DNA of 64,000 nucleotides from a virus. Below the pieces are notes generated by a model. That model was not told the origin of the DNA and ran no database searches. It worked only from the letters and a program-made list of their open reading frames with translations. Shown here piece by piece: positions 46,748 through 56,988 of this stretch (its first letter is position 1; every line of letters begins with the position of its first letter). The DNA is taken from IMG/VR virus record IMGVR_UViG_3300048060_000074, one strand, 5' to 3'. The translations under genes were made by a program, and so were the position numbers.

Positions 46748-47557
46748 ATGATACCATTTTTCTTCGTCGGCAGTAGGCGTTCTGGTACAACGATTGTATG
46801 TCACATCATAAACTATCACCCTAACTTATATGTTCCGTTTGAGAGGTACATAATGTGGTTGCTGTACTGTATCAAGACAACAGCTACCATAAAGGCTCCT
46901 CCTGGTGGGGCGCTTGCCCCAATGCTTGTTACTCTAGAGCAGTCTGGAGGTGCCTTTCTCAGTTATCTACAAAGTGACCGTGGAGTTGAATCTACACGTG
47001 CGGCGTTTTTTGACGCGATGAACAATTGTAGAATGAGACGCGGAACAGGGAAATGGCGCAAGGAACTCGTTGCGATAGGAGAGAAAAATCCTCCAGAATA
47101 TACCGCCCCGGCGATGCAAGACTTTATCCTGGAAGCATTTCCAGAATCGAAGTTTATTCATGTTGTGCGACATCCCGTTGCTGTTGTTCATAGCCAAATG
47201 GGGTTTCTTTATAAAAGAATTGCGAGCAACAGCCTGGAAGTTTCCCCGCTTTGGAAAGAGCATCAGGAATCCATTCACTTTCTGAATTGGGCTGGAATAG
47301 AACAGCATGTGTTGAAGATACGTGCTCCGGTGCTTACTATTGGGTACGAGGACTTTGTCGACGATCCAGTCCATGAGTCCCATAGGCTGTATGAGTTCTT
47401 TGGTGTTTCTAGCAATGATTACATTGACCGACGGATCCGGCACAATGTTGTGGCTTCTGGGAATACTCAGTACGGCCACTTGTCTGTTCCTGAGAATGTC
47501 GAGGGCCTTGCCGAGCTTATGGATTGGTACGGGTACAAGAATTGTCCGGGAGGATAA
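46748..47557 (+). CDS. PAPS-dependent sulfotransferase
   Basis: FFVGSRRSGTT (5'-PSB), GEKNP, KFIHVVRHP (3'-PB), IGYEDFVDDP. Confidence 0.88.
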   Translation: MIPFFFVGSRRSGTTIVCHIINYHPNLYVPFERYIMWLLYCIKTTATIKAPPGGALAPMLVTLEQSGGAFLSYLQSDRGVESTRAAFFDAMNNCRMRRGTGKWRKELVAIGEKNPPEYTAPAMQDFILEAFPESKFIHVVRHPVAVVHSQMGFLYKRIASNSLEVSPLWKEHQESIHFLNWAGIEQHVLKIRAPVLTIGYEDFVDDPVHESHRLYEFFGVSSNDYIDRRIRHNVVASGNTQYGHLSVPENVEGLAELMDWYGYKNCPGG

Positions 47558-47559
47558 AA

Positions 47560-48834
47560 ATGCGAATTTGTATCATCTTGCCGCCTGCTCCGGGTCTTTT
47601 TGACCCGCGCACCAACATTCCTCTCGGGCCCCTCTATGTTGCAGCAGTTCTTGAGCGAGCAGGGCACGAGGTTGTGTTGGTCTCTCTGTTGGGGCACGAC
47701 ATCCCGGCGAGCTGGCCCGAAGCGGATTTGTATGCGATGGGATTCACGACCCCTCAAGCCGGTGCCGCGAAGGGCATCCTGGAACTGATTCGTAGCCAAT
47801 ATCCCGATGCTAAGGTGCTGGCTGCCGGTGCGCACCCGACCGCCGAGCCAGTCCAGACCTTGCTGCTAGGGTTTGACAGCGTACTTATCGGCGAGGCGGA
47901 CGTGACGATCCTTCTGGTCCTGGACGACATGCCGGACCTTGAAAGAATTTATTACTGCGTTCCTCCTACCAATCTAGATGCCATCCCGTTTCCCGCGCGC
48001 CATTTGTTGCCTCCAGAGGATTTGCAGAATAAGGCGTCTTCGGTTTTCAGAAAGAAGTATGAAGACAGACACATCGCCGGCATTATGGGGACTCGTGGAT
48101 GCCCTGGCAAATGCGCGTTTTGTTCCAATCGCCTCAGGTCTGGAACAAGACATCGCTCGGCAATCAACATTGTCGCAGAAATGCAAGAGCTGGTCAGTCT
48201 CGGGATCACATGTTTCAAATTTCAGGACGACACATTTACCTCTAGCCCAAAGCGAGTAATATCGCTTGGTGCGGAGGCGGAAAAGGCATTCTGGCAAGGG
48301 CAGATCGCGACGCGAATAATAACCAGGGCGGATACTTTTTCGAGGAGAATCATTCCGGCCCTGAAGCAGCTAAATGTAGAGGTCGTGTCGTTTGGGATCG
48401 AGAGTGGCAGCCAGAAGGTGCTCGATATGTCGCACAAGGGCGTTAAGATCGAGCAGGTCGAGCGTACACTGAGGCTGGCCCACGGGTTTGGATTCTCGAC
48501 GTTTGGGTACTTTGTGTTTGGGCTGCCTGGCGAGTGCGAAAAGACCGTCGACGAGACTATCGAGTTCTGGAGGCGAAACAAGCCGTACTTGGATGTCGCC
48601 GTACTCTCCATTTTTGTGCCATATGCAGGGTGTGACATTGCGAGACGGCCAGACAACTACCGCATGCACATTTTAGAACGTAATTTGAATCGTTACTGGA
48701 CCACGCAGAAGAGGTCTGTCATAGCATTGCCGTACTCCGTGAGCTTTGATCGGATGATTGAGTTGAAGCAGAAGGCACTCGAAGCGTTCGTCGAGCTAGG
48801 ATATGCCAGGCCAGAATGGGAGCACGATCTATGA
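47560..48834 (+). CDS. cobalamin-dependent radical SAM enzyme
   Basis: PLGPLYVAAVL and GAHPT B12 domain; TRGCPGKCAFC; GIESGSQ; FVFGLPGE. Confidence 0.9.
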   Translation: MRICIILPPAPGLFDPRTNIPLGPLYVAAVLERAGHEVVLVSLLGHDIPASWPEADLYAMGFTTPQAGAAKGILELIRSQYPDAKVLAAGAHPTAEPVQTLLLGFDSVLIGEADVTILLVLDDMPDLERIYYCVPPTNLDAIPFPARHLLPPEDLQNKASSVFRKKYEDRHIAGIMGTRGCPGKCAFCSNRLRSGTRHRSAINIVAEMQELVSLGITCFKFQDDTFTSSPKRVISLGAEAEKAFWQGQIATRIITRADTFSRRIIPALKQLNVEVVSFGIESGSQKVLDMSHKGVKIEQVERTLRLAHGFGFSTFGYFVFGLPGECEKTVDETIEFWRRNKPYLDVAVLSIFVPYAGCDIARRPDNYRMHILERNLNRYWTTQKRSVIALPYSVSFDRMIELKQKALEAFVELGYARPEWEHDL

Positions 48835-49595
48835 AGACCCTGAAATGGTTCAGATCGAGAGGCTATCTTTATCATCCAACCATAAGTTTCGTGCTGCATA
48901 CACACAGCATGTCCGGCGCTGCGGTTCAGATAGTGGACGATCTCCGGCAGTTTTCGGATTCGGAGATCATCGTTATAGATGATGGCAGTTCACACGACCA
49001 TACGCAACGGCTGGTTGGCTATCTCAATGGCGTGAATGAGTTTGTGCTGCACGCAAATGACCTATTCGACGTGATTGTTTTTAACCGTGTCTTCGCCTTT
49101 GCTCGTGGAAAGTACATTGCTGTTATGCAGGACGACGACAAGTACAAAGGCAAGGATTGGGTAACGAGAGCAGTCGGGCATTTGGACTGGGACCCAAAAC
49201 TCGCGATTCTTGGTGGGCGAATGAGAATCACTCTTCCTAAGGATGGCAAGGCCAGGGATGAAGGCGCCGGCGTATTTCAGTATGTCCAAGCTATTAACGC
49301 TTCTCCAATGTGGATCAGGAGAGAGGCGTTTCTCGAACTTGGCGGATTCGATATAGATTTCGCGCCGATGCTATGGCACGAGCCGGCCTTTTGCCTCAAG
49401 GCTTGGTTGAGCGGATATCACGTTGGCTGGTACAAGAGTGGCATCAGGTCGTGTGCAATCCCCACACGACAGAGGCGTAATGTGAAAGAGGAGCTTACGC
49501 GTGATGCGAGAAAAAAGAACTATGAACTTTTGATGGAGAGGTACGGTGACAAGCTGGATGGCATACGAGAGTGTGTAGAGAGAATGAACCAATGA
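48831..49595 (+). CDS. GT2 glycosyltransferase
   Basis: IVIDDGSSHD, VMQDDD, FLELGGFD. Confidence 0.9.
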   Translation: MKTLKWFRSRGYLYHPTISFVLHTHSMSGAAVQIVDDLRQFSDSEIIVIDDGSSHDHTQRLVGYLNGVNEFVLHANDLFDVIVFNRVFAFARGKYIAVMQDDDKYKGKDWVTRAVGHLDWDPKLAILGGRMRITLPKDGKARDEGAGVFQYVQAINASPMWIRREAFLELGGFDIDFAPMLWHEPAFCLKAWLSGYHVGWYKSGIRSCAIPTRQRRNVKEELTRDARKKNYELLMERYGDKLDGIRECVERMNQ

Positions 49596-50386
49596 AAACT
49601 CTTGAGTGGTGGGGATCCAGGGGGCACCTTCTTCATCCCAAGGTGAGTTTCCTGCTCGAAACGCACAACTTGAGTGAGGAAACTGTCGACATAGCAAAGG
49701 GGCTGAGGCAATATCCGAATGCCGAGACCATTATTATAGACGACGGCAGTACGCACGACCACACGAAGTGCATCGCCGACGGGCTTGGCGGTGTCAATGA
49801 ATACCTTCTGCACTTCAATGACCTCTTCGTCGTGCTGACCCAGAACCGGGCGGTCAGCTTTGCACGTGGTGAGTACATCGTCAAACTCCAGGATGACGAT
49901 GTTTATCCTGGTATGGACTGGATCGAGCGGGCGCTAGTGTTGTTCGATGAGCATAAAGACCTGGCTATTATTGGAGGCAGGGGGTCCGTGAGCCTCCCGG
50001 ATGGCTGGGATTTCTCAAGGCCACTGCCCTGGAGGCCACGCTGCCCCCTCCAGTTTCAGTTCGTCTCAATGGTCAACGAGGCCCCGATGTGGATACGGCG
50101 CTCTGACTTTTTGGGGCTTGGGGGTTTCGATCAAGAGTTCGCCCCGCACTACTGGGGGGAACAAGAACTTTGCCTGAGGGCCTGGCTTTCTGGCAAGTCT
50201 GTTGGGTGGTATGACTCTGGGTGGAGACGTCGTGGTGTGGATTTACGGCGGCGCATACGGGAGAAGGAACTGCTGCACTTGGAATCCTGGCGAAAGAACA
50301 GCGCCATTTTTGCCAGAAACTTTGCAGACAAGCTGGGTTATATAAACAGGCTTGTTTGTGCAAGAAACCAGGAGGAGTATCTGTGA
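49592..50386 (+). CDS. GT2 glycosyltransferase (tandem paralog of 48831)
   Basis: IIIDDGSTHD, KLQDDD, FLGLGGFD; same MKTLxW start. Confidence 0.9.
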   Translation: MKTLEWWGSRGHLLHPKVSFLLETHNLSEETVDIAKGLRQYPNAETIIIDDGSTHDHTKCIADGLGGVNEYLLHFNDLFVVLTQNRAVSFARGEYIVKLQDDDVYPGMDWIERALVLFDEHKDLAIIGGRGSVSLPDGWDFSRPLPWRPRCPLQFQFVSMVNEAPMWIRRSDFLGLGGFDQEFAPHYWGEQELCLRAWLSGKSVGWYDSGWRRRGVDLRRRIREKELLHLESWRKNSAIFARNFADKLGYINRLVCARNQEEYL

Positions 50387-51411
50387 AAAGAAATCTCTTA
50401 TTGATTATTGTGGACTGTTTGAGGCTAGACCGTGTAACTGACCAGTATATGCCCTGGCTAACTCAGTGGGGCAGGGAGAATACCGTATTCTCCAACCACT
50501 GGTCGTCTTCGCACTGTACAGACCCGGCTATCACGCATATGCTCTCCGGCAAACACCCAGACGAACTACGCCTGTTCTCGATGATGTATAGCGACAAGAG
50601 CTTTACAATCTCAGGCGATGTGGAGATGCTTTCGCAGACTGCCCAGGTCAATGGTTACAAGACCGGGTTTGTAACCAACCTTGGCAGATGGTATCGGCGC
50701 GGAGTCGATGTGTTCGTGGACAGCAGAGGATGGCCTGGCGTACAGATATTCCAGTCCGCCGCAGCGGTCATTGAGTCGTTTGAGGGCAAGCCGTGGTTTG
50801 TCATTGTGCATACAGACGACTGCCACATGAATTACACTGGAGGTAGCTATAGTAGCGCATGTCGGTCGGCGGACTCGAATATTCGGAAACTGATCGAGCT
50901 TGTCGGCGACGACACTGCTGTTTTTATCACCAGCGACCATGGCGAGGGACTTGGGCAGTCTGGCCTGGATGGGAAACCAATTCAGCAGCATGGTTATGGG
51001 CTATGGGACTTTTTGACGCATGTACCCTTGCTGACAAATACGATGCCGCGCGGGGAGTGCATTTGCCTACACGACGTAGGATGTCTATACAGCAGAATGC
51101 TGAGGTTTATTACTGGGCATTCGTCTTTGACCGCCAGGGAAGTAGTGTACAGAGGGTTGGTCTTCCAGTCAGGCGCAACGCCAAAGGCATTCCATCGCGG
51201 GGTTGTTCTGGGGGACGGAAGGCAGTTTGTTCGAGGCACCACAGAGAAGGGACACGAATACTACTGGGTTGGAGATTTCACAGACGAGGAGCGAAAAGAG
51301 ACCGAGTTGCAGGTGTCGCTGCACTGCCAAAAGTACGGTCGAAACTACGGTGTGTTCGAGGATGATGCTGTAGCAATGAGAAAGCTGAAAGGATTGGGGT
51401 ATTTTGAGTAG
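50383..51411 (+). CDS. sulfatase-like alkaline phosphatase superfamily enzyme
   Basis: IIVDCLRLD, SHCTDPAITHMLSG, VHTDDCH, ITSDHGE, HVPLL, LKGLGYF. Confidence 0.82.
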   Translation: MKRNLLLIIVDCLRLDRVTDQYMPWLTQWGRENTVFSNHWSSSHCTDPAITHMLSGKHPDELRLFSMMYSDKSFTISGDVEMLSQTAQVNGYKTGFVTNLGRWYRRGVDVFVDSRGWPGVQIFQSAAAVIESFEGKPWFVIVHTDDCHMNYTGGSYSSACRSADSNIRKLIELVGDDTAVFITSDHGEGLGQSGLDGKPIQQHGYGLWDFLTHVPLLTNTMPRGECICLHDVGCLYSRMLRFITGHSSLTAREVVYRGLVFQSGATPKAFHRGVVLGDGRQFVRGTTEKGHEYYWVGDFTDEERKETELQVSLHCQKYGRNYGVFEDDAVAMRKLKGLGYFE

Positions 51412-52003
51412 AATCATAGAACACAGTACGTTTGTTGATATAGACAAGATCATGTACACCTCCAGAGGCGTACATGGAGATAGCTGCACATCGGACGACT
51501 TGCTTCGTTTGTTGACAGTCAGGTACGGTGGGCATATCAAATTAGAACTCGGCCCTGGCCGCATAGGCGGAGCGCCGTGGGGGAAAGCGCCGTGGGCGAC
51601 GATTGGGCTCAATCATAGTTCCGATCCGCACTCCGACATTTATTATGACTTGAGCCGTGGGATCCCGCTTCCTGACAAATCTGTGGACGAGATACATTCA
51701 AATCAAGTTCTTGAGCACCTAAGAGACCCCATTAAGATCATGAACGAGCAATGGAGAGTGCTCAAGCCAGGCGGGTTTGTTTACGCCTGCGTGCCGCATT
51801 ATCTGGCGCCGTCGGCGTGTGGCGATCCAACTCACAGAACATTCTGGAGCGAAACATCGTTTCAGTACTACTGCTTACGCGATGATGGAACGCCGTTTGT
51901 AGACAGGTTTTCCGATTATGGAATCAAATGCAGGTTCATTTTGGAGGAGCATACATGGCAACGAATGGTGCACGTGACTGCGAAATTGCGCAAGCCCCTG
52001 TAG
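51404..52003 (+). CDS. class I SAM methyltransferase
   Basis: LELGPG, DLSRGIPLPDKSVD, VLEHL, RVLKPGG, GDPTH. Confidence 0.85.
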   Translation: MSRIIEHSTFVDIDKIMYTSRGVHGDSCTSDDLLRLLTVRYGGHIKLELGPGRIGGAPWGKAPWATIGLNHSSDPHSDIYYDLSRGIPLPDKSVDEIHSNQVLEHLRDPIKIMNEQWRVLKPGGFVYACVPHYLAPSACGDPTHRTFWSETSFQYYCLRDDGTPFVDRFSDYGIKCRFILEEHTWQRMVHVTAKLRKPL

Positions 52004-52590
52004 CTGTGCAAGATGGCAGATTTGCCGGAATACAGAAGCACGAGCTTGAATGGTGGACTAACTACAACTACATGCCGTGGGGTGAGTGGACGCAGTACCA
52101 CTCAAAACTTCATATGCATCTGCGACCATTCAGGTCTGTCGCCGACGTAGGAAGTGGGCCGGTGCCGTTTTTCTTGTCCGGTGTCATCTTCTATGAAGAC
52201 GCCATTGCAATCGACCCGTTGATAAGCAAGTACTTGTCGATTGAGCGATACAAGCAGTATCACGACAAGGAATTTGGCTGTTTTTCCAGGATAGAGGATG
52301 TCTGCGAGAAGATGTTCGATGGCGTGTTTTGTCTCAACACTATCGACCACGTTCGAGACCCAACCGCTTTCATCTCTGAACTGGATCGCATTCTTGAGCC
52401 TGGTGGCAGGTTGTATGTCTGTGTGGATGTAGAAAAGCCGCCGGACCCGCTTCATCCTCATATGATCCACGCCGACTGGCTCGACGAGCAGTTTTCATTT
52501 TACACGTATAAAACGCTCTTGCGGCAGGTCGTGCCGAGCTTCAAGTTCCAGAATGACCTTTATTGGTTTGTTGGAGATAAGGAGGAATAG
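51955..52590 (+). CDS. class I SAM methyltransferase
   Basis: GGAGGAG RBS; ADVGSGP, AIDPL, FDGVFCLNTIDH, RILEPGG. Confidence 0.85.
   Translation: MATNGARDCEIAQAPVAVQDGRFAGIQKHELEWWTNYNYMPWGEWTQYHSKLHMHLRPFRSVADVGSGPVPFFLSGVIFYEDAIAIDPLISKYLSIERYKQYHDKEFGCFSRIEDVCEKMFDGVFCLNTIDHVRDPTAFISELDRILEPGGRLYVCVDVEKPPDPLHPHMIHADWLDEQFSFYTYKTLLRQVVPSFKFQNDLYWFVGDKEE
52498..52513. promoter_or_regulatory. 16-bp palindrome TTTTACACGTATAAAA (intragenic)
   Basis: exact match inside a coding frame (FYTYK). Confidence 0.8.
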
Positions 52591-53555
52591 TGGGAGCAAA
52601 GTACGCGCATATAAGCCTTTTCAAGACCAGGGATGCTGCCGGTAGACACCTAGGGGGCGTGGAGCAGTTTGGCATGTATCTCAAACGGGCGATTCCAGAG
52701 ATGAGTCTATTTTCCTGGCCCGATTACCCAGAGTTCGGGGAGAATGGGCATCTCCAGGATTATGAGAAGGCAGAGATGTTGAACACCTGGCTGCTCAAGT
52801 CGGGCCTCGTTGACGAAAACACCATTGTCATCACCGATGGTTACTGGGCCAATGGCCTTCAGGGCAAGGTGGCAAGGCTGATATCTGTCGTCCATGGTTC
52901 GTACTGGGGACGATACATGATCCACCAGGTGTTCAAATGGGGTGATGAGGTCATTGGTATGAATCATGTCAACGCCCAGTTCGACATCTGGGAAGATGAC
53001 CGCGTGGAAGTGGTCTGTGTGTCACAGGCCAGCGCGGACGAGCTTGGGGAGTTTGGCGCTGGGTGCGAGTGCGAGGTGACGGTCATCGAGCACGGAATAG
53101 ACCTTGAGAGATTTCGGCCTCTTCCCGATGCTAGCCACGGCCTTTGGATGCACGGCGCCACCTCCGGGCGCAAGGGATATGACGTCATCGTTCGTCTTGC
53201 CGCAATGGGAAAGCATTACATCGAACCAATGAACGAGCGTAGTGGTGTCCCGGAGAACAAGGTTGCCAGGTTGAATGAGGCAAAATGCCTGCTTGCGCCT
53301 ACACGGCACGAGGGCAACTCGTATCTACTGCTAGAAGCCCTGGCATGTGGGGTCCCTCTCATTACGTACTACACCGGCCTGGCCGAGAGCATGGACGAAC
53401 GGGTAGGTATCGTGACTGATAACCTAGATCCATACAACTTTGCAAGGTTGATGGACAGCTTTGACCCATCGTTGTATGACCCGAGAGGGTGGGCCGAAGA
53501 GTTCGCGTCCTTTGATCGTTTTGCAATACCGTGGAGGGTATACCTTGATATCTAA
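52590..53555 (+). CDS. GT4 glycosyltransferase
   Basis: IEHGID, RKGY, RHEGNSYLLLEALACGVP. Confidence 0.9.
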   Translation: MGAKYAHISLFKTRDAAGRHLGGVEQFGMYLKRAIPEMSLFSWPDYPEFGENGHLQDYEKAEMLNTWLLKSGLVDENTIVITDGYWANGLQGKVARLISVVHGSYWGRYMIHQVFKWGDEVIGMNHVNAQFDIWEDDRVEVVCVSQASADELGEFGAGCECEVTVIEHGIDLERFRPLPDASHGLWMHGATSGRKGYDVIVRLAAMGKHYIEPMNERSGVPENKVARLNEAKCLLAPTRHEGNSYLLLEALACGVPLITYYTGLAESMDERVGIVTDNLDPYNFARLMDSFDPSLYDPRGWAEEFASFDRFAIPWRVYLDI

Positions 53556-56500
53556 CTTGCTCGGACATGATTTCTTTGCGTTGCCGAGAATACTGGTTCA
53601 TTGTCCTACCAAGGACAGGGACTCAGTTCTAGGACGGATGCTTGCCAGCCTGATAAAGCAAACCTACAGAAACTTTGACGTCGTAGTTTACAACGATGGC
53701 AGCCAGCAGGTGGGCACTACACAGTCTACAGACTATAATCTTGCTTGCTTGAAAGCGGGCGGGATGCGCGAGGTTTGGCTGGAAGAAGGCAGCCACATTA
53801 GCCAGGCCCACAACCACAACCTGGCACTCTACGATCCTGCGTTCCGCGACTACAAGTACTTTGTCCGCATGGACGACGATGTGCTCTTGAACGCATTCGC
53901 CCTGGAGCGGATGCTGAATACGATCATTCGGCATGGTGCGGCAGCCGTTGGTGGGTTGTGGTTTGAGAATGAATTTGCAGCCGAGAGCTTGTACGACAGG
54001 ATGGTTGCAGAGGTAGGCATTGCTCCTCCGCTCGACGGCAAGTGCGGGCCGTTTAACTCGAATTGGCAACAGAGGGTTTACCACAGCGTCGACGAGTTGA
54101 TGAGAGTCGAGCATGTCTACTCGGTGTGCATCTACGATACGGAGAAAATGCGGCAGGCTGGTGGTTGGCCTGAAGTCTATGGCCGTGGCGTGGCGCACGG
54201 CGAGGAAACTGACGGAACGTTCCGCTTGCATTTGACGGGCGAGGATCTGTACATCAATCCTTGCATCACCGGAGAGCACCTTCGGGCAGGCAGCGGGGGA
54301 ATTCGGTCCGTTGCCAATTTGCAGCAGATACAAGCTCACGACCTCCGCAAGTGGCAGATACGGCTGCCGGATATCAAGAGGATCAATTTCAAGCCGACTG
54401 TCGCCGTGGAGTGCAGGCATTCCTACGGGCTTGGTGGTGCAGAGCGGCTGTTCTACCACACTGTTCACCTGTTGCAGCAGAGCGGCAAGTTCGAGGTTGT
54501 CCACCCGATTTTCCCATCGGTGCACTTTTCGCCGGACGAAGTGATGGACGCCTTCGGCTTCAGTTATGAGGATGCTGCGCCGCTTGACGAATATGACGTG
54601 CTCATTGTCATAGGGCACGAGCCACAACACATCACCAAGGCCAAGCATAAGATATTCTACTGCCTGTTCCCAATTCCGACCGTTAGTCGGGCCGACCTGA
54701 TCGACTTTGACCTGATCCTTGGAATCAGCGGATACACAGCGGAATGGATTCGAGAGTGGTGGAAGTACAATGTTGGCTATATCTATCCTCCAGTGGAGCC
54801 AATAGGTTTCGACCCAGAAGAGAAAGAAAACATCATTCTGATGGTGGGCAGGTGCGTTCCGCACAAAAACCCCTTGTGGCTGATGCAAAAGTTCATGCAA
54901 TGGAAATTCCACGGGTGGGAGCTTCATTTCGTTTCTGCAACGTGCATTGCCGACCACGCGGCGTATGAGGCGGACGTGCTTGAATATGCTGCCAAGCATG
55001 ACAACATTGTGGTTCACCAGAACATTTCTATCAATGGGGTGGAGATGCTGTACCGTCGGTCCAAAATCTTATGGGCGGCGAATGGAATGCTAGGGAAATT
55101 GGCGCAACAGGCCGAGCATTTTGGGTACACGCCCGTCGAGGCTTGGGGCGCTGGATGTATCCCAATCGTGTACAATCGTGGCGGACATAAAGAGACGGTT
55201 GATTCACCGTTCAGGTGGTCTACTGAGTCAGAACTTCTGATCGCGACAGAAATCTCGATGGGCTCCTTCGGGAAGATCGATAACGTCGTCGACATGTCCA
55301 GGTTCGACCCGGATGAGTACGCGTTGGTTTGGGAGCAATACATCAGGCGCGTGAATGCGATGGCTCTGGAACTGCCTATGGCAGAAGTCGTCGAGGTCGA
55401 GGCGCGCGCGCCGCACATCGCGATGATTACGGATAGCCCCTACTTCCCCGAGCACGGGACAGGGGTTAGCAGTGGATTTGGAGTCGTCGCAGGACAGATC
55501 GCCAGGCGGTTCCTTGAGGAAAAGTACAGGCTGTCCATTTTGGGAATGATGGATCACGTGATACCAAAGTCCTCTCAGCCATTGCCGTTCGACTTATTCC
55601 CGACGATAGGCGATCCAGAGGCGCTACGAATTATCCCCATGTTCTTGAACTGGGCCAAGCCATACGATGTCATTTTTATGCTGTACGACCCAGGTGGATT
55701 ATTGCCCCGTATCGAGACCTTCCAGAATACCGGGATGGCACCGGAGCCTGTCATTGCCTATTTCCCGGTCGAGGGTGCAAACACGATCAATGCAAGTATT
55801 CCCGGGCTCATTGAAAGGGTGCATTTCCCAGTCGTGTACTGCGAGTCCGCCAAGCGGCTGATTCAACAGTATGTATCGTGTGACGAGATTTACGTCGCGC
55901 CTCACGGAATCGACCATGCCAAGTTTGGACCGCCCCCTGCGCGCGACAGAAACCGCGTGAGGGAATTGGTAGACTGGGACAATCGGTTTATCGTGATGGC
56001 GGTTGGCACGAACAAAAGAGTGAAGAACCACCCTGTGCTCATCAAAGCGATACGTATCTTGATGGGAAGAGGATACGACGACATCTCACTGTACTTGCAT
56101 ACCACAAAAGACCCGACAAGTCCATACCTTGCCGGGTGGAATCTAAAGTCGGTGATCGACCAGGAGTCTGCTAGGTCTGGGCTGGAAGTCGCCAGGCATA
56201 TCTACATGCCGATCCACGACCCGTACCATGGCGCGGCATACAAGTGGGACGATCTGGATATCTGGCGGATGACCAGGCCGTCGACCGCTGATGAGCGCAA
56301 GGGGCTATTCAACGCCCTGGACTTTATCACCCGCTACCAGATCGCCGATTTGTACGTCGATATCAGCGGGGCAGAGGGGTTTGGCCTTCCGCCGCTAGAG
56401 GCCGCTGCGTGTGGAGTTCCAGTGGTCAGCATAGATGATGGAATGGTTCGATCAGAGATTCATTCCAAGTATTGCCACATGATCGAGCCGGACTTCTGGA

Positions 56501-56706
56501 CTGAATGGCACACCGGCACAATGCTTGCCGGGGTGTTCCCAGAAGAACTAGCAGACGAGATCGAGGATCTCTATCACGACCGAAAGTTCATGCACAAGTT
56601 CGATGCTGCACAGGCCGGGATCATGGAAGACCTGCCTTGGCGAAAATCGACCGATGTTTTTGTCGGCCTGGTGGAGAAGGCGGTTGCCATATCAAGAACG
56701 ACCTGA
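53545..56706 (+). CDS. three-domain glycosyltransferase (GT2 + GT4 + GT4)
   Basis: YFVRMDDD; EHFGYTPVEAWGAGC; EGFGLPPLEAAACGVP; TTG start after GGAGG. Confidence 0.88.
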   Translation: MISNLLGHDFFALPRILVHCPTKDRDSVLGRMLASLIKQTYRNFDVVVYNDGSQQVGTTQSTDYNLACLKAGGMREVWLEEGSHISQAHNHNLALYDPAFRDYKYFVRMDDDVLLNAFALERMLNTIIRHGAAAVGGLWFENEFAAESLYDRMVAEVGIAPPLDGKCGPFNSNWQQRVYHSVDELMRVEHVYSVCIYDTEKMRQAGGWPEVYGRGVAHGEETDGTFRLHLTGEDLYINPCITGEHLRAGSGGIRSVANLQQIQAHDLRKWQIRLPDIKRINFKPTVAVECRHSYGLGGAERLFYHTVHLLQQSGKFEVVHPIFPSVHFSPDEVMDAFGFSYEDAAPLDEYDVLIVIGHEPQHITKAKHKIFYCLFPIPTVSRADLIDFDLILGISGYTAEWIREWWKYNVGYIYPPVEPIGFDPEEKENIILMVGRCVPHKNPLWLMQKFMQWKFHGWELHFVSATCIADHAAYEADVLEYAAKHDNIVVHQNISINGVEMLYRRSKILWAANGMLGKLAQQAEHFGYTPVEAWGAGCIPIVYNRGGHKETVDSPFRWSTESELLIATEISMGSFGKIDNVVDMSRFDPDEYALVWEQYIRRVNAMALELPMAEVVEVEARAPHIAMITDSPYFPEHGTGVSSGFGVVAGQIARRFLEEKYRLSILGMMDHVIPKSSQPLPFDLFPTIGDPEALRIIPMFLNWAKPYDVIFMLYDPGGLLPRIETFQNTGMAPEPVIAYFPVEGANTINASIPGLIERVHFPVVYCESAKRLIQQYVSCDEIYVAPHGIDHAKFGPPPARDRNRVRELVDWDNRFIVMAVGTNKRVKNHPVLIKAIRILMGRGYDDISLYLHTTKDPTSPYLAGWNLKSVIDQESARSGLEVARHIYMPIHDPYHGAAYKWDDLDIWRMTRPSTADERKGLFNALDFITRYQIADLYVDISGAEGFGLPPLEAAACGVPVVSIDDGMVRSEIHSKYCHMIEPDFWTEWHTGTMLAGVFPEELADEIEDLYHDRKFMHKFDAAQAGIMEDLPWRKSTDVFVGLVEKAVAISRTT

Positions 56707-56731
56707 CGAGAGCGATATTGTAGAAACTGTT

Positions 56732-56887
56732 GTGAGCACATGCAACAAGCCTGACTGGATTAGGTGCCCTTACTGCCAGCGCCGATTTGGCTATGCTGAG
56801 ACTGTACTGACGGCGATCATAGTTTTCTATTGCACCAGATGCAAAATGTCTTTTCGGTTCATCCTTGGGGTAAATGTAGAGTACTAA
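56732..56887 (+). CDS. Mu Com-like zinc-finger protein
   Basis: IRCPYCQRRF...IVFYCTRCK; start uncertain. Confidence 0.5.
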   Translation: MSTCNKPDWIRCPYCQRRFGYAETVLTAIIVFYCTRCKMSFRFILGVNVEY

Positions 56888-56890
56888 TCA

Positions 56891-56919
56891 TTGACTCCAG
56901 ACACATAATGTGGTAGAAT
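56891..56919 (+). promoter_or_regulatory. sigma70-type promoter
   Basis: TTGACT-17-TAGAAT. Confidence 0.75.
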
Positions 56920-56949
56920 AGCATATAGAAGAGCCTGAAGGGGAAACCG

Positions 56950-56982
56950 AGGGGCCGCAAGATATCTTGCGGCCCCTTTTTT
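56950..56982 (+). terminator. intrinsic terminator
   Basis: 28-bp perfect palindrome AGGGGCCGCAAGATATCTTGCGGCCCCT followed by a T-run. Confidence 0.85.
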
Positions 56983-56988
56983 GTTTCA

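Noticed and set aside
50383-51411. Definite sulfatase activity
   Set aside because: Lacks the C/S-x-P-x-R formylglycine signature; called only at superfamily level
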